Origin: Octopus bimaculoides
Lineage: Eukaryota
DNA length: 64,000 nucleotides
Direction: 5' to 3'
Assembly: GCF_001194135.2 (NCBI RefSeq)
Contig: NC_068987.1
Coordinates: 14,155,663 to 14,219,662 of the forward strand
Positions 27,333-39,842 of this stretch are shown piece after piece (the first letter of the stretch is position 1; each line of letters begins with the position of its first letter). Below the pieces are notes generated by a model. It was not told where the DNA came from and ran no database searches. It worked only from the letters and a program-made list of their open reading frames with translations. The translations under genes and the position numbers were made by a program.

Positions 27333-28556
27333 CATCATCATCATCGTTTAACGTCCGCTTTCCATGCTAGCATGGGTTGGACGATTTGACTGAGGACTGG
27401 TGAAACCGGATGGCAACACCAGGCTCCAATCTGATTTGGCAGAGTTTCTACAGCTGGATGCCCTTCCTAACGCCAACCACTCAGAGAGTGTAGTGGGTGC
27501 TTTTACGTGTCACCCGCACGAAAACGGCCACGCTCGAAATGGTGTCTTTTATGTGCCNNNNNNNNNNNNNNNNNNNNNNNNNNNNNNNNNNNNNNNNNNN
27601 NNNNNNNNNNNNNNNNNNNNNNNNNNNNNNNNNNNNNNNNNNNNNNNNNNNNNNNNNNNNNNNNNNNNNNNNNNNNNNNNNNNNNNNNNNNNNNNNNNNN
27701 NNNNNNNNNNNNNNNNNNNNNNNNNNNNNNNNNNNNNNNNNNNNNNNNNNNNNNNNNNNNNNNNNNNNNNNNNNNNNNNNNNNNNNNNNNNNNNNNNNNN
27801 NNNNNNNNNNNNNNNNNNNNNNNNNNNNNNNNNNNNNNNNNNNNNNNNNNNNNNNNNNNNNNNNNNNNNNNNNNNNNNNNNNNNNNNNNNNNNNNNNNNN
27901 NNNNNNNNNNNNNNNNNNNNNNNNNNNNNNNNNNNNNNNNNNNNNNNNNNNNNNNNNNNNNNNNNNNNNNNNNNNNNNNNNNNNNNNNNNNNNNNNNNNN
28001 NNNNNNNNNNNNNNNNNNNNNNNNNNNNNNNNNNNNNNNNNNNNNNNNNNNNNNNNNNNNNNNNNNNNNNNNNNNNNNNNNNNNNNNNNNNNNNNNNNNN
28101 NNNNNNNNNNNNNNNNNNNNNNNNNNNNNNNNNNNNNNNNNNNNNNNNNNNNNNNNNNNNNNNNNNNNNNNNNNNNNNNNNNNNNNNNNNNNNNNNNNNN
28201 NNNNNNNNNNNNNNNNNNNNNNNNNNNNNNNNNNNNNNNNNGCGCACCCACCCCCACTACTAACTTGGTCGCCCAGATAGCGGAAGCTATCGACTACCTC
28301 TAGTTTTTCACCCTGGAATGAGATAGAAGTTGTTTCCTGTTTGTTTACAGTCTTTATTGCACCTGAACATCTGCCACAAACAAAAACTAACTTGCTAGTT
28401 AACCTGCCTTTGATGTTGCTGCACCTCTTATGTGTCCATAGCTTGCACCGGGTACATCTTATAGAGTTACTACCTACTCCTTTTCTACATACTGAGCAGG
28501 GCCATCTACCTGAAGGGGTTTGTGTTTTATCTACCTTCCTACTTATTAGGATTTTG
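27333..28556 (-). mobile_element. 5'-truncated RTE-like LINE with a PHD-type finger in ORF2 (middle lies in an N gap)
   Basis: KILISRK...PCSVC...CTRC...HKRC...CGRC...EKLEVVDSFRYLGDQV: a C4HC3 finger sits just before the RT thumb motif (VxxFxYLG); (GAT)n tail at 27333-27345. Confidence 0.85.
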
Positions 28557-31422
28557 GGCAAATCACTGTTGTGCTCATCAGAATCCCTTGCACTAATGAA
28601 GTGAGTGCTATGAACTCATATTCATAATAAAGGAAAAGCTATTTTCCTGTGGTGTGTATGCTAATTACTGTTGTGTCCATCACAAAACAGTTTCTCTTTT
28701 ATGATGAATTTGTGTTCATAAAATAATTCATTAATACAAGGGATTCTGATATTCAAGTCTGCTGGAATTTATTAAAAAATATGCAAGTCATTGTAAAGAA
28801 TAATCATTTTGGAATAATTTAACTTTTGCTGATCTATTGGCTAATATTGTTAAACTTCTACAAACTATAAGATGTCTGTGCTAAGAGCAATTTTGGAAAG
28901 TTAGATTTTGTACCAAACAAATCTTTTTAATTGATATTTTTGTTTCAAGCTAGTACAGTATTTCTCAACTAAGATTCCTCAGGAAGTTACAAGGGGTTTC
29001 TGAAAGAGGTTGCTAGGATTTTCTGCAAGAAGACACAATGATTTTCTGCAAAAATGTTGCTAGGGGTTCCAGCAAGAAATGGTGATAAGAATTACACAAA
29101 ATGCTTTCACATAACTATTATGAACAAATACATTTTTTAAGCAATTTTTGTGTTTAATTCTATAGTTGTAATTTTATTACAAACATGCAGTATATTTTCT
29201 AAGGAAGGGAAATTCTGACAAATGTAGATAATGAGACTGAATGGAAAAATTGGCTTCTAAATAGGGAGTTGAAGTAGATTTTAGTCTTAAGATATTGGTG
29301 AAAACATTTCTTAAACCTTCTTTGTGGTGTTTAATGGATTTAACATTGCCAAACCTTTCATAAAACTATTTCAAAGAAACTTTTATAATTTGTTTCTTCT
29401 CTTATGAAATTTAACTTTGTGAAAGAGAAAAAAAGATTAACAAAGATAAAAAATTTCTTTGAGACAGAATGTATTTCAAAGGTTCCTTAAAAGCAAAAGT
29501 TTAGGCAACACTGAGTAAGAAGAATAAGGCTATCAGCAAATGTTAAAATAAATACAAAGGAAAACTTTTATATATATTTTGAATTAGAAATCAATGATGA
29601 GATTACTGTATTTGATGGCATAGAAGATGTACTTTTCAAGTGCCTATAAAAAAAAAAACCCCTCAGGTCCTATATGCAAAGTTGGGCCTCCCAATAGCTT
29701 TAATATACTAAAAACATGGTTTCCTGAATATGTACAGCTAGGGTGCATCGAATATGCCATCAAATATGGTAACCAAATTTCTTTTATACAAAAGTTATGA
29801 AATGGATATTGTGTTTAATAGTTTCTTTTGAAAAATTGCTTTCATAATAAAATTACAAACAAACAAAAAAATCCCATATGAAAGCTGGAAACATTTTGAA
29901 TTCATACTGTGCAAAAGTATTTAGTGTAAGGTCAATTTAAGTAGATGACTTCACACTTAACTTCAACTATAAACTGATTTGAAGGTATAAGTTTTCAAAA
30001 AAAAGTCAACTTGTGATTTTTAAGAATATCATTATTTATTAAGTATGATAACATCGAGATAATCAATGTTAAAACAAAATCGGCTGGTTTTTAATTAATA
30101 GAAATGACAAAAGAGAGAGAGAGAGAGACAAGAAGAGGAAGAGAAAAATGCAACATGGCTACTGCTTAAGTGGTTTAATCTACTGAGAATCAGCAACTTC
30201 AGCACTTCAATTTAATCCATTAAAAAAAAAAAAATCAACAAAATTGGTTGACTAAGATAAGATAAAATGTCTTTCAGTGAAAATAATTATCATGAAAGTA
30301 AAAGAAATTTAATACCATTATCATTGAACAACAATCTTCCTACAAGTTACTTCTCAAAATTAAAACAGCTTAGATGTAAAAGATACACATATGAACCAAC
30401 ATCTAAATTATTTTGGTGCTGCTGTAGAGCAAGAAGTAATCTCTTGAGTCCATGGGTCACTTTTTAACTGAAGAACATTAACTATCAATATAATTCTCCT
30501 GTAAATTTTTGGTTCTGCATATGTTTAATTAATATGTAGAATTAATTGAACATACTTAGGCATTCCTGTATTCCAATCTTCATAATTGTATCACGTAGAA
30601 AGAAACAATGTAAATTTTGTTGGCCCATATCATTTTTGTTTTTACCATAAAAAATTATTGGGCCCCTATATACACAACAAAACATATATATTAACATTAG
30701 ATCTCTAGAACCTGTGGGCTCCCAGGTAACTGCCCATGGTGCTTATGACTTAAGATGACATCACAGTGACTGCTTCAATTGTTGGTTGTTGCTAATATTT
30801 TAAGAGTTTATTCTCATAGAGCATTCCTGTTATCCACTGGAATAACCCAATGAATTATATAATACAAGAGAATGTATATTTTGTGAACACCTTTTCCCTT
30901 AAGAGTAGTCTTTGATTATTTAATTGACAAGGCATTTAGATAGAAGTGCCAAATGTGAAATAGTAGATTGAAATTTAAATTTTTCTCCAGTCTGTCCCAT
31001 TCCTCTCTGGGCTCTACATCTATTTTAATGTGTTTTTTTTATATATATAATTGTAGTACATTAGACAAAATGCTTAGTGATATTTCTTCCAGTTCTTTAT
31101 GTTCCAAGTTCAAATCCTATTGGAGGTTGATTTTTACCTTACATCCTTGGTGGGAAGGGAGTCAAGAAAATAAGTATGAGTTGAACACCGAGTCATTGTA
31201 ATCAACTTGCATTCTCCTCTAAAATTACTGGTGTTGCACCAAAATTTGAAACAATTTTATTGAATAAACACTAAATAGCTGTAAGCAATTTATACAATTT
31301 ACTTAAAACTAGGACAAAAAAGAAAATAAATGTAGATTCAACACATTTTGTGGGGTCCTGTTTTAGTTGCATCATTGTAAATCTGGCACTTAAACATTTA
31401 AAAAAAATTTTAATCAGGAAGG

Positions 31423-31518
31423 GTGGGAGGCATTGTTTATGACCCTTTATAGAGCCTCTGAAACTTGTGGGAGGCATTGTTTATGACCCTTTATAGAGCC
31501 TCTGAAACTTGTGGGAGG
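31423..31518. repeat. Exact tandem duplication, about 2.2 x 44 bp
   Basis: GGGAGGCATTGTTTATGACCCTTTATAGAGCCTCTGAAACTTGT occurs at 31425 and 31469. Confidence 0.9.
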
Positions 31519-31656
31519 AAGAAAAATATCTTTAAACTGGAGATCAGGTCCAAATGCCTGCAACGGAATGGACTCCACTAGAGGTACCTAAGGACAGGTA
31601 ATGGTGTTAAAGCAGGAGATAGACTTATTCTCCCGTCAATGTAGGCCATGGAAGGA

Positions 31657-31731
31657 TTTGAACTCAGAATGCAGAGAGCTGTTTGAACTCAGAATGCAGA
31701 GAGCTGTTTGAACTCAGAATGCAGAGAGCTG
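31657..31731. repeat. Tandem 3 x 25 bp repeat of a SINE B-box segment
   Basis: TTTGAACTCAGAATGCAGAGAGCTG at 31657, 31682 and 31707. Confidence 0.9.
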
Positions 31732-34700
31732 AAACAAATACGATTAGACATCTGATTCAACATTCTCACAATTCTATCAATCCACCATCTTGGATTTTTT
31801 AAAATTGATTCTGAAAGGATGAAAGGCAAAGTTGACCCTGCCAGGATTTGACCTCAGAATAAATATGAGTGTGCCAATTTTCCATCTTGAGAAAAAAAAC
31901 ACCCGCAAAACTCTTCTGTTGGTGCCCAAAGCATGTGCACATTTTAAATAGTGGCTAATCCAAGCCTGAGTAATCTTCAAGCAAAATCAAGAGCAAAGGT
32001 CAGTGAACTTGTAATGTTAGGAGAGGCACAGAAAAGAGACAGTAGACAGTACATAACAGTCAGTCTCATTCTGCTTGGCCAACAGAAATGTTCGTGCACT
32101 GCCTTTGTTTCAAACTATTTTGAAAATAATGAAGAATTTAGTGAAACAACTTTGTCATTATTATGCTAGAGTTTGAAATAAGTTAAAGTTTCAATGGATA
32201 TTCTAATCCAGGATCGCTTTAACATAGGAAGTTTGTATCACAAAAAAGGGGTAGTCTTGGGCTGGTTGGTATCAAAAGGGTTAAGCACATGACAAACGTT
32301 TCCCTTTTTCTGGAAGTGGTGCCAATGCATTCAGGTGAATTTTCCAGAAGAATGTAGTATTTATTTTGGGCCACCATGTAAACTGAATAAAACTGTACTA
32401 TGTACCAGCAAGCAGTGTCTTCTATTACAATTATCCCCTCCATAGATGCTTTATAGGAATATCAAAGTCGAGCCCAACTACTAGATTGGTACTCTATTTT
32501 ATCATGCCCAAAAGGTCGAGAGGTAAAGTTCACCACAGAGAGATTTGAACTCGGAACATAAAGGGCAGTAACTAAATGCTGCAAGAAATTTGTTCGACGC
32601 TCTAGCGATTCTCAACTCACTAGGTCCCAATATTTGAACTGAAAACGAATAGGTTATTAGTTCAGAACCACATTCAATTGGGCTTTTTTTTTTTTACTGC
32701 CACGTTTAATATCCTTAGGAAAGACATGAACACCACGAATTCCCATTATCAACCCTGATAAAATATAGGATTCCAGTATAGACGTAAGGAATATTACAGG
32801 GTCAACAAGAAACATCAATATTTAAAGAAAAATTAAAAAAAAAAAACCTTCGGTATTCAAAAGATAGAATAATGAATTTTAGTATATGTGGCAGACAAGG
32901 AAATCTATACCAATGCAAAGTCTAAAAGTTAGCAATGTGGAATCGTTTATATTAGAGATGTGTAAAATAGAGTAAAAGCTTTTATATATATATATATATA
33001 TATATNNNNNNNNNNNNNNNNNNNNNNNNNNNNNNNNNNNNNNNNNNNNNNNNNNNNNNNNNNNNNNNNNNNNNNNNNNNNNNNNNNNNNNNNNNNNNNN
33101 NNNNNNNNNNNNNNNNNNNNNNNNNNNNNNNNNNNNNNNNNNNTATATAGGAAAGTCACTTCAACATCGGAATAGAGACATTAAGGTTTGGGATGACTTT
33201 AATATAAAGAACTAATGCGATATGCATTTCCCCCTTACAAAGTTAGATGCGTGTCTATATACCAACTCACACGAATGTATGTGTATACAGACACGTAGTC
33301 GATAAGCATTCCGTAAGTTAATAGCAGATCAACTGCATGTCTAGTATATTTTGGGGGAAGTTTAGGCGGAAAATTTTACATACTGTACACATATGTGTAT
33401 GTATGTGCATATATATATAATCTCTATCCATAATAGGTTTGCAATATCAGAATCTTTGGGGCAAAAGTGAGAAAGAAAAAAAAACTTTGAGAAAAGCAAT
33501 CGTACTTTAAATTTTTACTTAAAATCCAATTAAGACGTTTTCACAGGTTCCAATTTAGCTAGAAGATAGGAATTACAGAAAAATGTAAAATAATATAGAA
33601 ATTACAAAAATTATAAAATGATAAAAAGTATAGATACAAAAAAATACTTTATTGCCAGTTGAAAAAAAAATTACGTGTAACATGAAGATACTACATACTC
33701 CGAAGAAATTGCTGATCTTAGCGATTTTCATGGATTTCATGTTTTGTGTTATAATAAGAGTATTTGTAGTTAAGAAAACTAAAATTAAAGTGGGTGGAAG
33801 AAGGAACTGATTCAGAGTATACGTAAGGAAAGGAAATTCTAACTAAACTCAGAAAAATTATCGTTAACAGGGAACAGAAAGGCGAGTGAAGGGCTTATCC
33901 GAGACGTAATAAGATCATCTTTAAAATAGTTTTCATGAATCAGGTATCCGTGGCCCTACTTCGCCTGCTTTTACTTTTTTCCAAAAACCATTTTATAGTG
34001 TGTGTGTATTATACATACACATATTATTAGCGAAAGGCCCTACGGAGAACTCGTCCGTTTTTTTTTTTTTCAGTTTTACAGGATATTAACCAGGCTCCCA
34101 CTATCAAAATTGAAGTGTACCTTCTAAATAATTGCGTATAGAATCGGTAACTGGATTCTAGTGCGTATGTATATATATATATATATATATANNNNNNNNN
34201 NNNNNNNNNNNNNNNNNNNNNNNNNNNNNNNNNNNNNNNNNNNNNNNNNNNNNNNNNNNNNNNNNNNNNNNNNNNNNNNNNNNNNNNNNNNNNNNNNNNN
34301 NNNNNNNNNNNNNNNNNNNNNNNNNNNNNNNNNNNNNNNNNNNNNNNNNNNNNNNNNNNNNNNNNNNNNNNNNNNNNNNNNNNNNNNNNNNNNNNNNNNN
34401 NNNNNNNNNNNNNNNNNNNNNNNNNNNNNNNNNNNNNNNNNNNNNNNNNNNNNNNNNNNNNNNNNNNNNNNNNNNNNNNNNNNNNNNNNNNNAGAAGAAA
34501 CTTCTAGCACCAGCCACCTTTGCTAAAGACAAAAATAAATAAATAAACATCAGTTTGCGAAAGCTTTCATCTCTCTTATGCCAGAATAATTGTTATAATT
34601 ATTTATAAATTAAAAATTTTTTTTTTTTAAATGCAGTTGTAAACAATAGCAAAAAAGTTAGAGCACCGTGCAGTGTGAATGATGTAAATTTGTTTTTATA

Positions 34701-34879
34701 TTTCTACGTACGCGTAAAGAAAGAATAGTATAGCTAGCTAAAATTGTCTTGTACAGTATACAAGTCGACGTTAATTGTAGCCAAGATTTCCAAGAATACA
34801 AAACAGCATCACTCGTTTATTTTCTGTTAGCATAGCGATGATAAAACCATAAACGGAATGCAAATATCAAAGAACTTAC

Positions 34880-34921
34880 CTTGTAAATACAGGCTTTAAC
34901 ACTTTGGTATAGGCGAGACAT
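34880..34921 (-). CDS. TMEM263: Probable TMEM263 first coding exon (MSRLYQSVKACIYK)
   Basis: Strong donor AAG|GTAAGT at 34874-34879; ATG with A at -3 and an in-frame upstream TAA; phase 0 fits the next exon; gives 113 aa, close to the size of known TMEM263 proteins. The peptide itself was not recognised. Confidence 0.55.
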
Positions 34922-35760
34922 CGTGACGTTTTAATGTAGCACGTCAACAATGTTTCGGTATCGGAACTGCACGGCTACCTGGTTAGATTTAGGTTTTCTT
35001 TGTTTTGCTTGAGATTTTCTTGTGTCTTGAAGGAAGACAAAAAGTACCAGTAGAAATTGGTTTCTTCAGATGTCTGCCTATATGTCCCTCCTCCTGGATT
35101 CCGCTGGTGCTCAACTGAGTAAGCATACACGCTAAACAACAAAATATGATTATATATCTATCCCCCTCTCTCTATATATATACCTATCAATGTATATCCG
35201 AAATTCTGTCACTGACACATTGACTTTTTTTAAAGAGGGGGCGGGAGGGACTCGCTTATAGTTTTGTAAATTATATTTTTCTCGTTCCCCTGGCCACACA
35301 CATACACAAACAAAATGAATGGAATTCGTATTAGTACTCTTTATCAATCATAAATCGTCCAGATTAAAAGCGAAAATTACGAGACGATATAATGATAACG
35401 TAGCGAGGGATGGTGATGAAATAATAACAGCTACAAGATGAAGAGGTGAGAAAGGAATACAGCTGCCACGTTGTTTATTTTGCCATGTTGTTAGTCGCTG
35501 ACGTCTGAAACCAATTTCTGATTGGTCTAACGCCCAGCCTCGTTTTCATTTCAGCGAATGCAATTTCAAATCCAGACTCCGAACTGGCAATGATTTATCA
35601 ATTTCACTGTCGAAGCAGTGATTTCACTGTTAGATCGTTTCTTCTATTTAAAAATCAACAACATTTATCTTTTTTCTCTTTCGATTGCAAAATGTATTTC
35701 TTTTATTGCTTTTCAAGTGATTCGGAGCATCGCAGGATTTTTCTTACATCAGTCCCTTAG
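34922..35760. promoter_or_regulatory. Putative bidirectional promoter and 5' UTRs between TMEM263 and the hydrolase-fold gene
   Basis: CpG-richer, repeat-poor stretch; CRE-like TGACGTC at 35499-35505; inverted CCAAT boxes CCAAT-ttctg-ATTGG at 35511-35525. Confidence 0.55.
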
Positions 35761-35785
35761 ATGATTTATTTGCGTTTCAAATCTG
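35761..35785 (+). CDS. Candidate first coding exon of the DUF1057-like gene (MIYLRFKS+G)
   Basis: ATG, open frame, phase-1 donor G|GTACAT matching the phase-1 acceptor at 45842; yields 301 aa in total. The donor is weak. Confidence 0.4.
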
Positions 35786-38116
35786 GTACATATTAAACTT
35801 AATATCTTAATGGTGTCAGATTAAAGGCTCTACAACGAAGCTATCATGATTTAATATTGATTTCTTTTTAAAGGAAAAACGATATGATCTGCTTTAATTC
35901 CATTTACATCTAGGATGCTTAAATGGAATATTAAATCGACCCACTTCTCGGCTCGTACTTTGTTTTATCGACCACGGAAGGAGGAACGGCAAAGTTGATA
36001 TTGGAGAGGCTTGAACTTCGAAGACAGGCATTTTGCCCGATGTTCTACCGATTCTATTGATCCATTACATATAGAGCATTTTTTTTTCTTTATTTAAAAT
36101 ATTTGAGCGGTTCGGTGAAAGAAACCGATAGAATAAGTACCAGGTTTTTTTTAATGTACTGGAGGTGATTCGTTCGACTAAAACCCTTCAACGCGGTGCC
36201 CCAACATGGTCGCACTCCAATGAATGAAACAAATATAAGATAAAAGATAATGACTGAGACATTCGAGGCTAAGGCCATGGCCCTTTTCCAAAACTCCAGA
36301 AGAGAACAACTTCAGACTGGAGATCAGTCTCAAATTCTTGCAACAAAGAAGACCACTAAAAAACATTGAAGATGGTGGCGTTTATTCAGTTGACGAAGTA
36401 AGTTTCTTATCTCTCTCAGGAACAGCTACTCCAGCTAGCTTCCATTGAATTTCCATCTATCAAATTTCCTATGTAACGAATGCTTCAATCTGACTGGGTC
36501 AGATTAATTACATTAACTACTGGGTCGTTTTAACTATATTATACTTCCTCAAGTAAAGATAGATTAGCACAGGGTCGCTAAACTCGTGGGGCCCTGAACA
36601 ACTGCCCAGTATGCCTATGTCTCAAGATGGTACTGGATTGTGGTACATCCATGATGTACCAATGACGGAGTCGAAAAGTCTTTTAAGTCTCTGAGGCTGC
36701 TCCGTTTTTTAATCCAAAACAGAGCAACGTTCAGTGATCAGTCTTTTGTAGGTTGAAAGTGTTTCAGAAATCAGAATCCATCAAAAGTTTTCTGCACATG
36801 CACAAGTTCCACTGAGGTCGACTTTGCCTTTCTTCCTTTCAGGGTCGATAACATATGTACAAGTTGAGCACTGGGGCCGATGTAAACGGATTACCCTCTT
36901 TCCTAAAATTACTAGCTTTGTGTCAAAATTGAAACCTCATAACAAAATACATGACAAGCTAAGGCTTGAATTTTGAAACAAACGCCTGTAACTACTGTTG
37001 AAATGCGCTGTGTTGTTGCTTCTCAGTGTCTGTCTACATACGGTGGTTCCCTCCAAAAATTGAAATGTTGGGGTTTTGAAGCATCGTCTATTTATTCTTA
37101 ACATTGCTCCTTCGGAATATCAGCTTTTGCTCCACTCAAAGCAATTTATGAGGCTGTCTGAACTTCTCTATTGTAGTAATCGTATTCTGCATTAATTTTC
37201 GTCTAAAGGCTTTTGCCCAGATTTATGTTATTTCTTGGATTATCAAAGAACTTCGATGGAACCAAATATCCATGTATGTCTAGTGCAAACATTTCAGGAC
37301 CCATGCACACCCACAATCCCGTTCAAAAATTATTCTTCATAAAATAAACTCAATTCAGATTAAATTTCTTTACAGATTTGAATAAATATATTAATAATTG
37401 TTTCTAATATAGGCACATAGCTATAAATCTGGAGAGAAAGGGACAGTCGATTATATTGACCCCAGCACTTAATTGGTATTTTATTTTATTGATCCCAGAA
37501 AGAAGAAAGGTAAAGTTTACCACAACCGGATTTGAATTGAGAAAATAAGGACCGTAAATAAATACCACTAGGCATTTTATCTTAACAATTGTGTCTATCC
37601 ACCGTCATACAAATAAATATAATTGTTTCTGATTTAGGTATAAGGTCAGTAATTCTGAGGGAAGAGGTCAGTTGAAACCATCGAACCCAGTAATTGACTG
37701 ATACTTCATGTTATCAAAACCGGGAGGATGAAAAAGGAAGCTGACCGCAGCGGAATTTCAACTCAACGTCTGAAGAGCCAAAAGGAATACTGCAAGTACT
37801 AAAACAAAAAACAACAAAAAAAACTAGTCTCTTAACGCGCTAACCATTCTGCATTTCAATGATTGATACAACGCAATAAACAGCTTTTCGTTTCAAAACA
37901 CACAACTATTTAGTCTCACTCACTGACTTAATAGTTCTGTTCCGTAAACATTAGAAACCTGAACTCTCGAACCCTGACCACTTTTAGACCATGAGTCATA
38001 AACCTCGTCTTTGAACACACACACATAGATATTATATATACAGATATATTATCTCTCTCTCTCTATATATATATATATAGAGAGAGAGAGGGGGGGAGAG
38101 CAATATTATAAGAGTA

Positions 38117-38439
38117 GGCCGATTTATAGGATTACCTTTGGTGGCGAAAATAAAAAATACGTACACCCGGTGCTTAGGGTTAGGGTTTAGTTAGGGGTTA
38201 GGGTTTTTGTTACGCCGTAAACGGATGATGTACGTATTCTTTACCTCCGCCCTCTTAGTTTCACGTCCACGAAGCGCTTAGCTTTACGGCGCATCATCAT
38301 ATTCCAAAACCTGTTGGCTTAAGGCCTCTCTACAAAATTCTAGAGAGGTCTTAAACTAACAGGTTTTGGGATTTGATGGTACGCCGTAAAGCTAAGCGCT
38401 TTATGGACGTAAAGCCAAAGGTAATCTCAAAAACCGGCC
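38117..38439. mobile_element. Fold-back MITE with TTAGGG repeats and an internal 70-bp-arm hairpin
   Basis: 25-bp TIRs at 38117-38141 and 38415-38439 (21 of 25 match); degenerate TTAGGG tract at 38174-38203 inside a 10-bp inverted repeat; hairpin arms 38263-38332 and 38341-38410 (61 of 70 complementary). Confidence 0.7.
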
Positions 38440-39842
38440 GATTATAACTTTTATATTAAAATAAATAAATAAAATTTTGCAGCATTCATTTATTGTGAAA
38501 GGATCCCTTCCATGGGATCCCAAAACAGTCATGATTCGTCTTGTAAAATTTCCTCCAGAGGCTCTACACTTGTTTCTCTTCTTGTAAACCCATATTTGGT
38601 TTTAATGCCACTCCATAATCACAAGCAAAGCACCAGAATACACGATCCTTTCTCCACAGAACATTAGTTAATCCTCTGGAATTCCTTGCCAATGTCTCCC
38701 CCACCACTCCGTATAGCTTATTAGCTGCACCAGTTTCACCGGTGTTGGACGTCTCTGCAAAACTATGAAAACACCCCTTCCACCAGATAAAACCTTGATT
38801 TAAAAATAAAAGACGCTACGACAATTAAAGCCTTTGTTGAACAGTTATTTCACTTTGTAGACATCGCTAATGTCACTGGGGAAGATATTTATGACATAAC
38901 ATCCAACGTCGACTAAACTTCGGAATTATTTTATGTAGAAAAATACTGCGGGAATCTATTCAAGCTGCGTCAAAGAAAAGGTTAAATTTATATTAAGAAA
39001 GTATGTCATTAAAATATCACTAAAACTACATATTCAGCCGCCTTCATTTCATTTGCTCATTTAAAAAATTATGTTTGCGGGAAGGCGGTGAGTTGGTATC
39101 ATTACCACATCGGACAAAATGCTTCGTAATATTTTTCCCCCGCAACATTAATAGGTCGGCAAAACATAAAATGAAAAACTTCATGCTATTTATTAACAAG
39201 AAATGACTCAAACCGACATTTAGAATTTGCCGCGTTTGGTGGTATATTGCGCAATGCGATTGAATACGCACTCCGTATCTAAGTAAAACTAGACCGATCC
39301 AAATGCCTAACTTAACGAAGTATTTCAGCGTCACATGGCAGGTCGCATGACCAATCATTAGAGACATGGAGCCGTTTTCAGAGTACTTAAGTCTAAACAT
39401 GCAATTATAAAATTAGTCTCGCTACACATATATTGCTGATACATTATCTAATAGTGTTCTTGCAGGTCGAGAAAAGCTCTTGTGACCCAAATGTCTATTT
39501 GGTTCCAGAGAATGTTATTGTAGGTGTCCAAACATTTATTAATTCGCAAACATAAATCACTGGAGAATAATATTTCTGTAGAATGCTCGACTGGTCACCA
39601 ACAAAGTTATATTTCCAAAGATTGACAATAATCGCATAAAGAACATGGAAAGTCACTGCATATATATAACCATATTAACCTGTACTTGAATAAGTGTAGA
39701 TCAGTCCTATCTGAAAGGGGTCAGTTGCTAAGTTGTTCACAATTAGAATGAAGCCCCAAAAATTGAGGCCACATCACAACTGTCTAACAGTAGATCGTGT
39801 GCAGAGTGTGGGGCTGGATGGGGGAAAGTTTTAGTTCTCTGT

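Noticed and set aside
28585-28600. CTGATGAG on the minus strand as a hammerhead or C/D box motif
   Set aside because: No downstream GAAA or stem III, and no terminal stem.
31657-31731. CRISPR-like direct repeats
   Set aside because: Head-to-tail tandem copies with no spacers, in a eukaryotic context with no cas genes.
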